IMG/VR virus record: IMGVR_UViG_3300011113_000664
Location: 32,001-96,000 of that record
Length of the DNA: 64,000 nucleotides
From: a virus
Direction: 5' to 3' (one strand)
Each line of letters opens with the position of its first letter. Positions within the stretch are counted from its first letter, which is position 1. This document shows, piece after piece, positions 1-6,368 of this stretch. Under the pieces are notes generated by a model. The model made no database searches, had not been told where the DNA came from, and saw only the letters and a program-made list of their open reading frames with translations. The position numbers and the translations under genes were made by a program.

Positions 1-1
1 T

Positions 2-163
2 AGTTATATTCTTTACAGCATCATTGAATATCATCGTTCAAAAGATGAACCTCATGAAGGTTATCAAAGGACAATTGAGTATGTTGGCTTTGATGGTAAA
101 AAACATCAGGCTATTGTACTAAAAACAGGAACAAATAATTGGGTATTGGTAGAAAAGAAATAA
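2..163 (+). CDS. Partial hypothetical protein (5' truncated by window edge)
   Basis: Open frame 2 from window start to TAA at 161-163 (SYILYSIIEYHRSK...VLVEKK). Confidence 0.6.
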   Translation, partial: SYILYSIIEYHRSKDEPHEGYQRTIEYVGFDGKKHQAIVLKTGTNNWVLVEKK

Positions 164-170
164 AATAATT

Positions 171-206
171 TGTAAGATTTGACATTGTATTTGATATATT
201 AAGGTA
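171..206 (+). promoter_or_regulatory. TGTAAG-N13-TTTGATATATTAAGGTA promoter, copy 1 (leaderless)
   Basis: TGTAAG 171-176, TTTG 190-193; last A of motif is the A of ATG 206. Confidence 0.85.
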
Positions 207-421
207 TGAAGACAAGAACACTAATAGCAATAGCAATCATCGGGATGATGACCTCTTGCACAGAAAACACAACCAAAATGGTTATTGCTCATCGTGTGGA
301 TGGCAATGATACCACTACCTTGCACAAGGTTAAGGTGGATAGGGAGTTTAAAGCAGGTGAGATTGTTTACCCTATCAATCTTATGAATAAATTCAAGATT
401 GTTAGAGAATGCAGAAGATAA
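206..421 (+). CDS. Small lipoprotein
   Basis: Basic N-terminus, hydrophobic stretch and lipobox-like MTSC. Confidence 0.7.
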   Translation: MKTRTLIAIAIIGMMTSCTENTTKMVIAHRVDGNDTTTLHKVKVDREFKAGEIVYPINLMNKFKIVRECRR

Positions 422-756
422 TGTTTGTTGCGGTTCTATGTTTGTTTGCCTCATCTGTTATGGGGCAAACTAACTACAAGACTATAATGCGTTTGAAAAA
501 AGATTCAATCCGTAAGGAAATAAATCTTCATTTGCAGAAAGCAAAGGTATTGGAAGGTACTTCTAAGGTTTTACAAGTCGCTGCTTTAGCTTCAGTAGTT
601 GCCTCTTATCATATCTATAATAAAGAAGGTAATGGTAAACCAATGATTTTCATTCCTTTGACCATAGGTTTATCTGCTTTTGCAACTGATATTTTGGCTG
701 AAAGGCAATACCAAAAGGCACAAGAAAAAAGAATTAAATTTATTTGTAAGTTTTAA
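409..756 (+). CDS. Secreted/membrane protein
   Basis: Signal peptide ending SVMG-Q (Bacteroidota Q-rule), two internal hydrophobic segments. Confidence 0.7.
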   Translation: MQKIMFVAVLCLFASSVMGQTNYKTIMRLKKDSIRKEINLHLQKAKVLEGTSKVLQVAALASVVASYHIYNKEGNGKPMIFIPLTIGLSAFATDILAERQYQKAQEKRIKFICKF

Positions 757-780
757 TTACTAATTTGATATATTAAGGTA
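745..780 (+). promoter_or_regulatory. TGTAAG promoter copy 2 (leaderless)
   Basis: TGTAAG 745-750, TTTG 764-767, ATG at 780. Confidence 0.85.
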
Positions 781-938
781 TGAGAACTTCAGCAACAACA
801 ACACCCATTAACTATGGGAAAATAAAAAGAGATTTGTATCTGCGTGATACCAATGGTGATTCAAGGTTTACCACTAAGGTTGGTAAGGATGCCAAAAAGT
901 ATAACAGAAACGCAGAGAAGCGAAAGGATTGGGATTGA
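780..938 (+). CDS. Small basic hypothetical protein, 52 aa (absent from ORF track)
   Basis: MRTSATTTPINYGKIKRDLYLRDTNGDSRFTTKVGKDAKKYNRNAEKRKDWD; lies between promoter and terminator. Confidence 0.7.
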   Translation: MRTSATTTPINYGKIKRDLYLRDTNGDSRFTTKVGKDAKKYNRNAEKRKDWD

Positions 939-968
939 GTGTTTATTTTGGTGTTTATTTTTCATGAG

Positions 969-1005
969 AAACCCTATCGGTCATATCGGTAGGGTTTTTT
1001 ATTTT
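969..1005 (+). terminator. Intrinsic terminator
   Basis: AAACCCTATCG-gtcata-TCGGTAGGGTTT plus T-run; near-identical copy at 2881. Confidence 0.8.
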
Positions 1006-1014
1006 AAAATAAAT

Positions 1015-1050
1015 TGTAAGATTCGGTAAGCGGTTTGATATATTAAGGTA
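1015..1050 (+). promoter_or_regulatory. TGTAAG promoter copy 3
   Basis: TGTAAG 1015-1020, TTTG 1034-1037. Confidence 0.85.
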
Positions 1051-1066
1051 TAACAAATAAACACTT

Positions 1067-1486
1067 ATGAAAAACTTAGTTCCAACAGAAGCACTTCTTT
1101 CTCTCCTTCAGGGCGATACTCAGTCAAATGGTGGAGAGTTTACCGCACTATCAAAAAGAAGCGGTAAAGACTTTACCTACAAGGTAAGTCGCAAGCAATT
1201 CAACGACAGATGGTACACCCACATCAAGGTGGAAACCAACTACCTTGATTGGCAATACCTTGGTTATTTTAAAGATGGCAAGGTTGTTCGCAAAGGTCAG
1301 GAAGTTGATTCACCTTCAGCAAAAGGCATTGCGTGGATTCTGCACAACATCCAACTTGGTAATCATCAGGCGGTTACAGACCAAGTTGAGGTGATGCACT
1401 TAGGCAAATGTCTAAGGTGCGGAAGACCTCTAACTGATTCAGATTCAATCAGTATTGGATTTGGGCCAATTTGCAGAGCAAAGTAA
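1067..1486 (+). CDS. DUF6011-like zinc-ribbon protein
   Basis: C-terminal CLRCGRPLTDSDSISIGFGPIC motif. Confidence 0.75.
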   Translation: MKNLVPTEALLSLLQGDTQSNGGEFTALSKRSGKDFTYKVSRKQFNDRWYTHIKVETNYLDWQYLGYFKDGKVVRKGQEVDSPSAKGIAWILHNIQLGNHQAVTDQVEVMHLGKCLRCGRPLTDSDSISIGFGPICRAK

Positions 1487-1494
1487 CAATCTTT

Positions 1495-1524
1495 AAAGGG
1501 GAAGCATAATGTTTCCCCTTTTTA
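1495..1524 (+). terminator. Intrinsic terminator
   Basis: AAAGGGGAAGCA-taa-TGTTTCCCCTTT plus T-run. Confidence 0.8.
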
Positions 1525-1578
1525 TTGATATTGTTGATAACATTGCGTACACATTGTAGATTGTTTTTTAAAATAAAA

Positions 1579-1614
1579 TGTAAGATTGTCTTACTCGTTT
1601 GATATATTAAGGTA
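1579..1614 (+). promoter_or_regulatory. TGTAAG promoter copy 4
   Basis: TGTAAG 1579-1584, TTTG 1598-1601. Confidence 0.85.
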
Positions 1615-1628
1615 TAATAAATAACACT

Positions 1629-1997
1629 ATGAAAAAGACATATGTAATAATTCCGACAGAGTGCAATTCAAACGATGCTTTGCTGCCTCTTTTTAAGAAA
1701 GAAAATCTTACCTATTCTCCTTGGCTGTATTTGCATGGGGAGTTGGAAAACGAATCTGTTCGCTTCGGTGGATGGGATAAGTTTAAATGGTTTGGTGATG
1801 AACCCACTAAGGGTGGAATCTTTGATTGCGTGGTTCTCATTGGGGATGACGATGCAAATATCAAAGTGGTTAAATCCATTGCTTATCTTTGGAAAAGCGA
1901 CTTTGGCAAACTCACAGGTCTTGTGGTTGCAGAGGATGACCAAAAGAGTGTTGATTATGCCCACAAGAATTGGGAAGAAAAGGCAACAATGATATGA
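1629..1997 (+). CDS. Hypothetical protein
   Basis: ORF between promoter and terminator, A/C-rich leader. Confidence 0.8.
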   Translation: MKKTYVIIPTECNSNDALLPLFKKENLTYSPWLYLHGELENESVRFGGWDKFKWFGDEPTKGGIFDCVVLIGDDDANIKVVKSIAYLWKSDFGKLTGLVVAEDDQKSVDYAHKNWEEKATMI

Positions 1998-2002
1998 CAA
2001 AT

Positions 2003-2031
2003 GGGGAAGATTTTCTTCCCCTTTTTTATTT
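2003..2031 (+). terminator. Intrinsic terminator
   Basis: GGGGAAGA-ttt-TCTTCCCC plus T-run. Confidence 0.8.
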
Positions 2032-2044
2032 AAAAATTATATAT

Positions 2045-2107
2045 AAAAAAGTATGGACAAGCTACCTGCGATTAACCTTCCCTTGTGTCGGGCTTCTGTA
2101 TTGCTAC
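2045..2107 (-). ncRNA. Putative small RNA, repeat copy A
   Basis: 53-nt sequence identical to 4425-4477; directly downstream of a minus-strand TGTAAG promoter; no ORF; ends in U-run. Confidence 0.55.
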
Positions 2108-2142
2108 ATCTTAATATATCAAACCAATAAGCATTTCTTACA
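2107..2142 (-). promoter_or_regulatory. TGTAAG promoter copy 5 (antisense, non-coding output)
   Basis: CTTACA 2137-2142, CAAA 2120-2123, 13-nt spacer. Confidence 0.8.
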
Positions 2143-2163
2143 TAAAAAATAAAATAATATTTC

Positions 2164-2199
2164 TGTAAGATTCAGTATGTCATTTGATATATTAAGGTA
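2164..2199 (+). promoter_or_regulatory. TGTAAG promoter copy 6
   Basis: TGTAAG 2164-2169, TTTG 2183-2186; back-to-back with copy 5. Confidence 0.85.
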
Positions 2200-2218
2200 C
2201 AACAAACACGAACAGACT

Positions 2219-2377
2219 ATGAAACAATATCAAGTCGGGATGGTGGTGAGGTTCATCAATCAAGGTGATGACACACCTTACATAGGTAGAATCATCCAAA
2301 TTCGTAAAAACGAAGTTATCGTTTCATACGAAAGGGATGGTTTCAAACTATGGCAAGCCATCAGAGTCACACACTAA
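2219..2377 (+). CDS. Small beta-rich (SH3/KOW-like) hypothetical protein, 52 aa
   Basis: Start moved to MKQYQVG because ATG 2177 lies inside the promoter; YQVGMVVRF...YIGRIIQI pattern. Confidence 0.65.
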   Translation: MKQYQVGMVVRFINQGDDTPYIGRIIQIRKNEVIVSYERDGFKLWQAIRVTH

Positions 2378-2404
2378 GGGAGCAGAAATGCTCCCTTTTT
2401 TTTT
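2377..2404 (+). terminator. Intrinsic terminator
   Basis: AGGGAGCA-gaaa-TGCTCCCT plus T-run; near-identical to 6150. Confidence 0.85.
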
Positions 2405-2413
2405 AAAATAAAT

Positions 2414-2449
2414 TGTAAGATTATCTTACTAATTTGATATATTATAGTG
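2414..2449 (+). promoter_or_regulatory. TGTAAG promoter copy 7
   Basis: TGTAAG 2414-2419, TTTG 2433-2436. Confidence 0.8.
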
Positions 2450-2480
2450 TAACAATTTTAAACTTTTAAACAATAACATT

Positions 2481-2849
2481 ATGACAAAAATTTTCAACGG
2501 CACACCGCACCCAATCAACATCGTAGAGGGTGCAACCTTCAACCCTCAAATCCGCAAATGGGTAGGAGGCCAAGTGGTAAGAGTAATTCCCTCAAACGGA
2601 ATGCTCAATGCCAAAATGAGCGTGGTAGACCTTCCTTCAACCGATGGAATCCCAACCTTTGGGAAATCATTTGAGGGTGTGGATGCCCTTCCCGATGGTT
2701 TTGACATCTTTATCGTATCTGCCCTCTTCTCATCTGCAATGCAGAAAATGGGTGCTGATATGTCAAAAATCTTCACCATCGGTGACCCTGTGATGTCAGA
2801 GGATGGTAACACCTTCGTTGGATGCAGAGGAATCTGCCCTGCTTTCTGA
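2481..2849 (+). CDS. Hypothetical protein
   Basis: N-terminal NGTPHPINI motif, C-terminal VGCRG; promoter/terminator-bounded. Confidence 0.8.
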   Translation: MTKIFNGTPHPINIVEGATFNPQIRKWVGGQVVRVIPSNGMLNAKMSVVDLPSTDGIPTFGKSFEGVDALPDGFDIFIVSALFSSAMQKMGADMSKIFTIGDPVMSEDGNTFVGCRGICPAF

Positions 2850-2880
2850 TACAGAAAAGGATTTAGTTGTTAATATATGG

Positions 2881-2914
2881 AAACCCTATCGGTTATATCG
2901 GTAGGGTTTTTTTT
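2881..2914 (+). terminator. Intrinsic terminator
   Basis: AAACCCTATCG...CGGTAGGGTTT plus T-run. Confidence 0.8.
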
Positions 2915-2923
2915 ATTTATTTC

Positions 2924-2959
2924 TGTAAGATTACCTTACTCATTTGATATATTAAGGTA
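2924..2959 (+). promoter_or_regulatory. TGTAAG promoter copy 8
   Basis: TGTAAG 2924-2929, TTTG 2943-2946. Confidence 0.85.
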
Positions 2960-2975
2960 CAACAGATAAACACTT

Positions 2976-3335
2976 ATGAAAAAGCAATTCGTTATTACAC
3001 TTTCCGATGGAGGGCAAATGTGGGATTTCAAATCCAAATTAGTCATCTTGTCTGCTGATTTTATTGAACTCAGAAGCACTATGGCTGAGTGCGATTGGAG
3101 GCACAAGGCTATGGCTTGCAAGGCTGAATTCTTTACCACCAAAGCAGGTAGGGAAGCAATTCGCCTTGGTGTCGGTCATTCCCACAAGGTGCTGATTTCC
3201 ACCTTTAGTGGGTCAAAATCCTTTCGTAATTGGAATGAAAGGAAAGACCCTACTGCCCTTTTCGCTCACGCACTTGGTATATCCAATGGCGGTGGTTGTT
3301 GGGCAGAAATAACACTTAAAATCAATCAGCAATGA
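2976..3335 (+). CDS. Hypothetical protein
   Basis: ORF downstream of promoter; leader resembles that of the 1067 gene. Confidence 0.8.
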   Translation: MKKQFVITLSDGGQMWDFKSKLVILSADFIELRSTMAECDWRHKAMACKAEFFTTKAGREAIRLGVGHSHKVLISTFSGSKSFRNWNERKDPTALFAHALGISNGGGCWAEITLKINQQ

Positions 3336-3356
3336 TTGGCTTTTTTTAAAATAAAT

Positions 3357-3392
3357 TGTAAGATTACCTTACTCATTTGATATATTAAGGTA
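3357..3392 (+). promoter_or_regulatory. TGTAAG promoter copy 9
   Basis: TGTAAG 3357-3362, TTTG 3376-3379. Confidence 0.85.
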
Positions 3393-3412
3393 CAACAAAA
3401 CCAATAAACAAA

Positions 3413-3769
3413 ATGGAAAATTTCAAAACAGCAATCTACGGAGGCGCAAGTACAATTGTAACAAAACTTAACGAAAAGGTAAGGTCAGGTGACAAAAGTT
3501 GGGAATTGGTAAATATTACCAAAGACCCTGAATACTATAACCAATCTTACGAAGTTCGCCACAATGGTGAATTTGTTATCCGAATTGATAGACTTTACGG
3601 ATTCGGTTTCGGGTCTAATGCTTGGTATCCATATCTAAATAAGGTGCAATTTAAGAAATTGGAAGAGTTGGGTGTTCCTGTTGAAGTGCAATTTAATTAT
3701 CGTGGGAAAAGTATGGAAGAGATAAGTGCTGAAATTAGGGCAATACACGAAATTCTTGAAAGAGAATAA
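3413..3769 (+). CDS. Hypothetical protein
   Basis: Promoter/terminator-bounded ORF. Confidence 0.8.
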   Translation: MENFKTAIYGGASTIVTKLNEKVRSGDKSWELVNITKDPEYYNQSYEVRHNGEFVIRIDRLYGFGFGSNAWYPYLNKVQFKKLEELGVPVEVQFNYRGKSMEEISAEIRAIHEILERE

Positions 3770-3776
3770 ATTAATT

Positions 3777-3801
3777 GGGAAGAGAAATCTTCCCTTTTTT
3801 T
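3777..3801 (+). terminator. Intrinsic terminator
   Basis: GGGAAGA-gaaa-TCTTCCC plus T-run. Confidence 0.8.
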
Positions 3802-3814
3802 ATTTCAATATTTT

Positions 3815-3886
3815 TTATTTCAGTTTGGGTGAACTCCCTGCGATTAACCTTCCCTTGAGTCGGGCTTCTGCAACAATCTTTGCTAC
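3815..3886 (-). ncRNA. Putative small RNA, repeat copy B
   Basis: 33-nt core 3837-3869 has one mismatch to copies A/C; downstream of a minus-strand TGTAAG promoter; 3' end approximate. Confidence 0.5.
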
Positions 3887-3921
3887 ACCCTAATATATCA
3901 AACACAATGTTAAATCTTACA
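3886..3921 (-). promoter_or_regulatory. TGTAAG promoter copy 10 (antisense)
   Basis: CTTACA 3916-3921, CAAA 3899-3902. Confidence 0.8.
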
Positions 3922-4082
3922 ATCTTTTTCAACATTGTCAATACATTCTAATAACATTGTGTATAAACCCACATTGTGTTTACATTGTATATACTTGTCA
4001 AAACACAAACAATGTAAAATAACACACAATACAGAAAGCCATACATTGTCAATACCATTACATTGTCTATCATTCACATTGT
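3904..4082. repeat. Array of nine ACAWTGT heptamers
   Basis: ACATTGT at 3932, 3954, 3971, 3982, 4043, 4060, 4076; ACAATGT at 3904, 4009. Confidence 0.8.
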
Positions 4083-4104
4083 CAGAAATTATTTTAAAAT
4101 AAAA

Positions 4105-4140
4105 TGTAAGATTGTGTATGTAGTTTGATATATTAAGGTA
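4105..4140 (+). promoter_or_regulatory. TGTAAG promoter copy 11 (leaderless)
   Basis: TGTAAG 4105-4110, TTTG 4124-4127, ATG at 4140. Confidence 0.85.
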
Positions 4141-4373
4141 TGACACACAGACCATTAAATGTCATTGCCTCCGAGGTTAGGAGGGATTGGCAAAAGGTGA
4201 ACTATGCAGCCAAGCCTTATTTGGATGCAATGAGTTCACTAAACAGCATCAACGATTCCTATGGATGGGATTCGGCAAAGTCAATAGTTTTGTATTTCCT
4301 TGGCAATGCCTCTACTTGGAAGGGAGAGAAGGCAAAGGAGATAAAGGCTGAACTGAAAGCCATGTGCAAGTAA
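4140..4373 (+). CDS. Conserved-looking small phage protein
   Basis: AKPYLDAM...YFLGNASTWKGEKAKEIKAELK; promoter/terminator-bounded. Confidence 0.8.
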   Translation: MTHRPLNVIASEVRRDWQKVNYAAKPYLDAMSSLNSINDSYGWDSAKSIVLYFLGNASTWKGEKAKEIKAELKAMCK

Positions 4374-4381
4374 GTTTGAAA

Positions 4382-4410
4382 AAGGCAGTCGGGAGTGGCT
4401 GCTTTTTTTT
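4382..4410 (+). terminator. Intrinsic terminator
   Basis: AAGGCAGTCG-ggag-TGGCTGCTT plus T-run. Confidence 0.7.
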
Positions 4411-4424
4411 ATTTTTAATTTTTT

Positions 4425-4477
4425 AAAAAAGTATGGACAAGCTACCTGCGATTAACCTTCCCTTGTGTCGGGCTTCT
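4425..4477 (-). repeat. Repeat copy C of putative sRNA core
   Basis: Identical to 2045-2097; no adjacent promoter of its own. Confidence 0.8.
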
Positions 4478-4499
4478 TCTTTTTTATTAAAAAAAGAAT

Positions 4500-4610
4500 A
4501 AAAAAAAATCCCTCTGAATTTCAAAGGGATTTTCTAATAAAAATTTATGAATGAAAAACGAAAAACGACCAAGAAACCATACCTGCAAAGCAACTATGCT
4601 TTCCCTCTCT
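4500..4610 (-). ncRNA. Putative ~110-nt small RNA (variant D)
   Basis: Minus-strand promoter at 4610-4645; terminator hairpin AAATCCCT...AGGGATTT plus U-run at ~4500-4535; AGGGA-hairpin-GCAGGTA shared with copies A-C. Confidence 0.45.
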
Positions 4611-4645
4611 GCTATACTATATCAAATGACTTACCAAATCTTACA
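4610..4645 (-). promoter_or_regulatory. TGTAAG promoter copy 12 (antisense)
   Basis: CTTACA 4640-4645, CAAA 4623-4626. Confidence 0.75.
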
Positions 4646-4968
4646 AAAAAATAAAATAAATTTTGATCCCTAAACCAAGGCCAGGTGAACCAGGGTTTTT
4701 GACTTTTCCAAATTTATTTTCAAATAACCTTACGCAAGATTTATTTTTTCTAATCCTTTGGTTTTTTGAATTATTTTCTGCATGGCAATTTTTGGGTTTT
4801 TCAGAATAGAGTTTTTGATATTTCCAAATTTATTTTCTACCAAGTTTTTTGGTAACCTTACCAAAATTATTAGAATGCGTTTTCAGCCTCATAACATTGC
4901 GTATAAGACACGATGTGCCTTTTTGGTACTCTGATATCAAAAAAAATAGTTATGCGAATACAAAGGAA

Positions 4969-5239
4969 GTCGCTGATTTTCAATGAGTTATGTCTGATCT
5001 CATAACATAGCTTATCTTATTGGAAATCAATCACTTACGGCTTAGATGTAAGATATGGGTAAGAAAAAATTAAAAATAAATTTTTTTGTTTGATTTGTTT
5101 TCTTTTATACACGCATACACATACGCACACACCACGCACCACATATACTGATTCCTGGGGCAAGTCGCTGGTTTTCAGTCAGTTACAAAATCTTACAAAA
5201 TTTTTGAAATTTTTTCTCGCTGATTATCAGTCAGTTATG
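4969..5239. repeat. Three copies of a TCGCTGATTWTCARTSAGTTA-like motif
   Basis: 4969-4991, 5164-5186, 5216-5239; partial copy 5020-5039. Confidence 0.7.
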
Positions 5240-5268
5240 ATTTATTTTAAATTTATTTTTGTGTGAGA

Positions 5269-5305
5269 TTTGGTTGGTATTACTTCTTATGCCGATATTT
5301 GCTGC
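5269..5305 (+). promoter_or_regulatory. Bacteroidota housekeeping-type promoter (-33 TTTG / -7 GATATTTG)
   Basis: TTTG 5269-5272, 21-nt spacer, GATATTTG 5294-5301, ATG 4 nt later as in other leaderless genes of this window. Confidence 0.55.
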
Positions 5306-6130
5306 ATGAAAAATCAAACCCCCTCCTCCGCAGTTACCGCAGGGATGCCTGTAACTGCCTCTGTTTCAACTACTTCAGTTGTTTCTGCACCTAAAAAGGT
5401 GCGGAAAGTTTCAGTCGCTAAATTCGTAAAGCGACTTGACCTTTGCCCGATGACACCAAAGGGCTTTGCCAAAAGGGCAAAGACAATGGGCAAAGTTATC
5501 TCCTTTATCATTACACGGCAGTTTCAGTATGCCGTTGATGGTAACAGAGTTACCGCCAAAGATGCCTCCGATTTCGTTCAGGATGGTATGTTGTCAATCC
5601 TGAATGGCAATCAGGTCGATATGTCTAATTTCACCTATGCAGGTGAGAAAATGACACAAGGGAAATTCTTTTCCCTTTGGCTGAAAGCCTCCTTTCAGCA
5701 GTGTCAGCGCAATGACCAATTCGGTAGAATTACACGGAAGTGTAAGGTTACCGGAAAGCGTGAGGTGGTTGGAAAAATTGCGGTTGGCAGCATTGCCACT
5801 ACCGACAATGAGGGTGCAATTTCTATCTCCAATGAGGTGGAAATCAAAGCACTCAAAAGGGGTGCTTCTGATAGCACTACCTATGCTCCGCTGAAAAAGG
5901 TGGAGCGCAAAATGATTGCGTTCTTCAATGAGGCCACCACCAAAGCCGACAAGCGGTTTTGGGCTAACGGCTTGAAAATGTTGCACATTGAGTGCAGCAA
6001 ACTTCCGGCAAAGGAAGCCTGTAAGCTACATGGCTTTGAGCCATCCGCTTACTATGTGATGAAAAAGCGGATGTTGGCTGATGACCGGATGCAGGTCTTC
6101 AGTAGGCTTCGGGAATTGGGGCAAATCTAA
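5306..6130 (+). CDS. ECF/sigma70-like transcription factor (putative phage sigma factor)
   Basis: Region-2-like DASDFVQDGMLSIL and FFSLWLKASFQQ; region-4 HTH-like LPAKEACKLHGFEPSAYYVMKKR; start revised from 5270. Confidence 0.6.
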   Translation: MKNQTPSSAVTAGMPVTASVSTTSVVSAPKKVRKVSVAKFVKRLDLCPMTPKGFAKRAKTMGKVISFIITRQFQYAVDGNRVTAKDASDFVQDGMLSILNGNQVDMSNFTYAGEKMTQGKFFSLWLKASFQQCQRNDQFGRITRKCKVTGKREVVGKIAVGSIATTDNEGAISISNEVEIKALKRGASDSTTYAPLKKVERKMIAFFNEATTKADKRFWANGLKMLHIECSKLPAKEACKLHGFEPSAYYVMKKRMLADDRMQVFSRLRELGQI

Positions 6131-6149
6131 GCCCCGATTGCCGGAAACA

Positions 6150-6176
6150 AGGGAGCAGAGATGCTCCCTTTTTTTA
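6150..6176 (+). terminator. Intrinsic terminator
   Basis: AGGGAGCA-gaga-TGCTCCCT plus T-run. Confidence 0.85.
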
Positions 6177-6368
6177 TGCCCTAATTTGAGCGCAACACAG
6201 CCTACAATCAACGCAGAATTTCCGGTGGTGTTCAGATACCATTTCAACCTTGCGTTTGTTGTAGAGCCTTGCAGATGCCTTAAATCGCATTCATTGTTTT
6301 GTCCTATAAATACTGGGAAAGTACAAATGTAAGATTCGTGTAAGAAAATCTGCAAATAGGTGTTGGAA

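Noticed and set aside
844-1029. Track ORF 61 aa
   Set aside because: Runs through a terminator and a promoter; the leaderless ORF 780-938 fits better
1970-2152. Track ORF 60 aa
   Set aside because: Spans a terminator, the repeat and a promoter; not plausible as coding
3910-4155. Track ORF 81 aa (minus)
   Set aside because: Translation of the ACAWTGT array and promoters
2045-4477. CRISPR array or known ribozyme interpretation of the 33-53 nt repeat
   Set aside because: Copies are 0.6-1.8 kb apart with genes between them and no cas genes are present; AAGCCC recalls twister, but the pairing partners and catalytic core are missing
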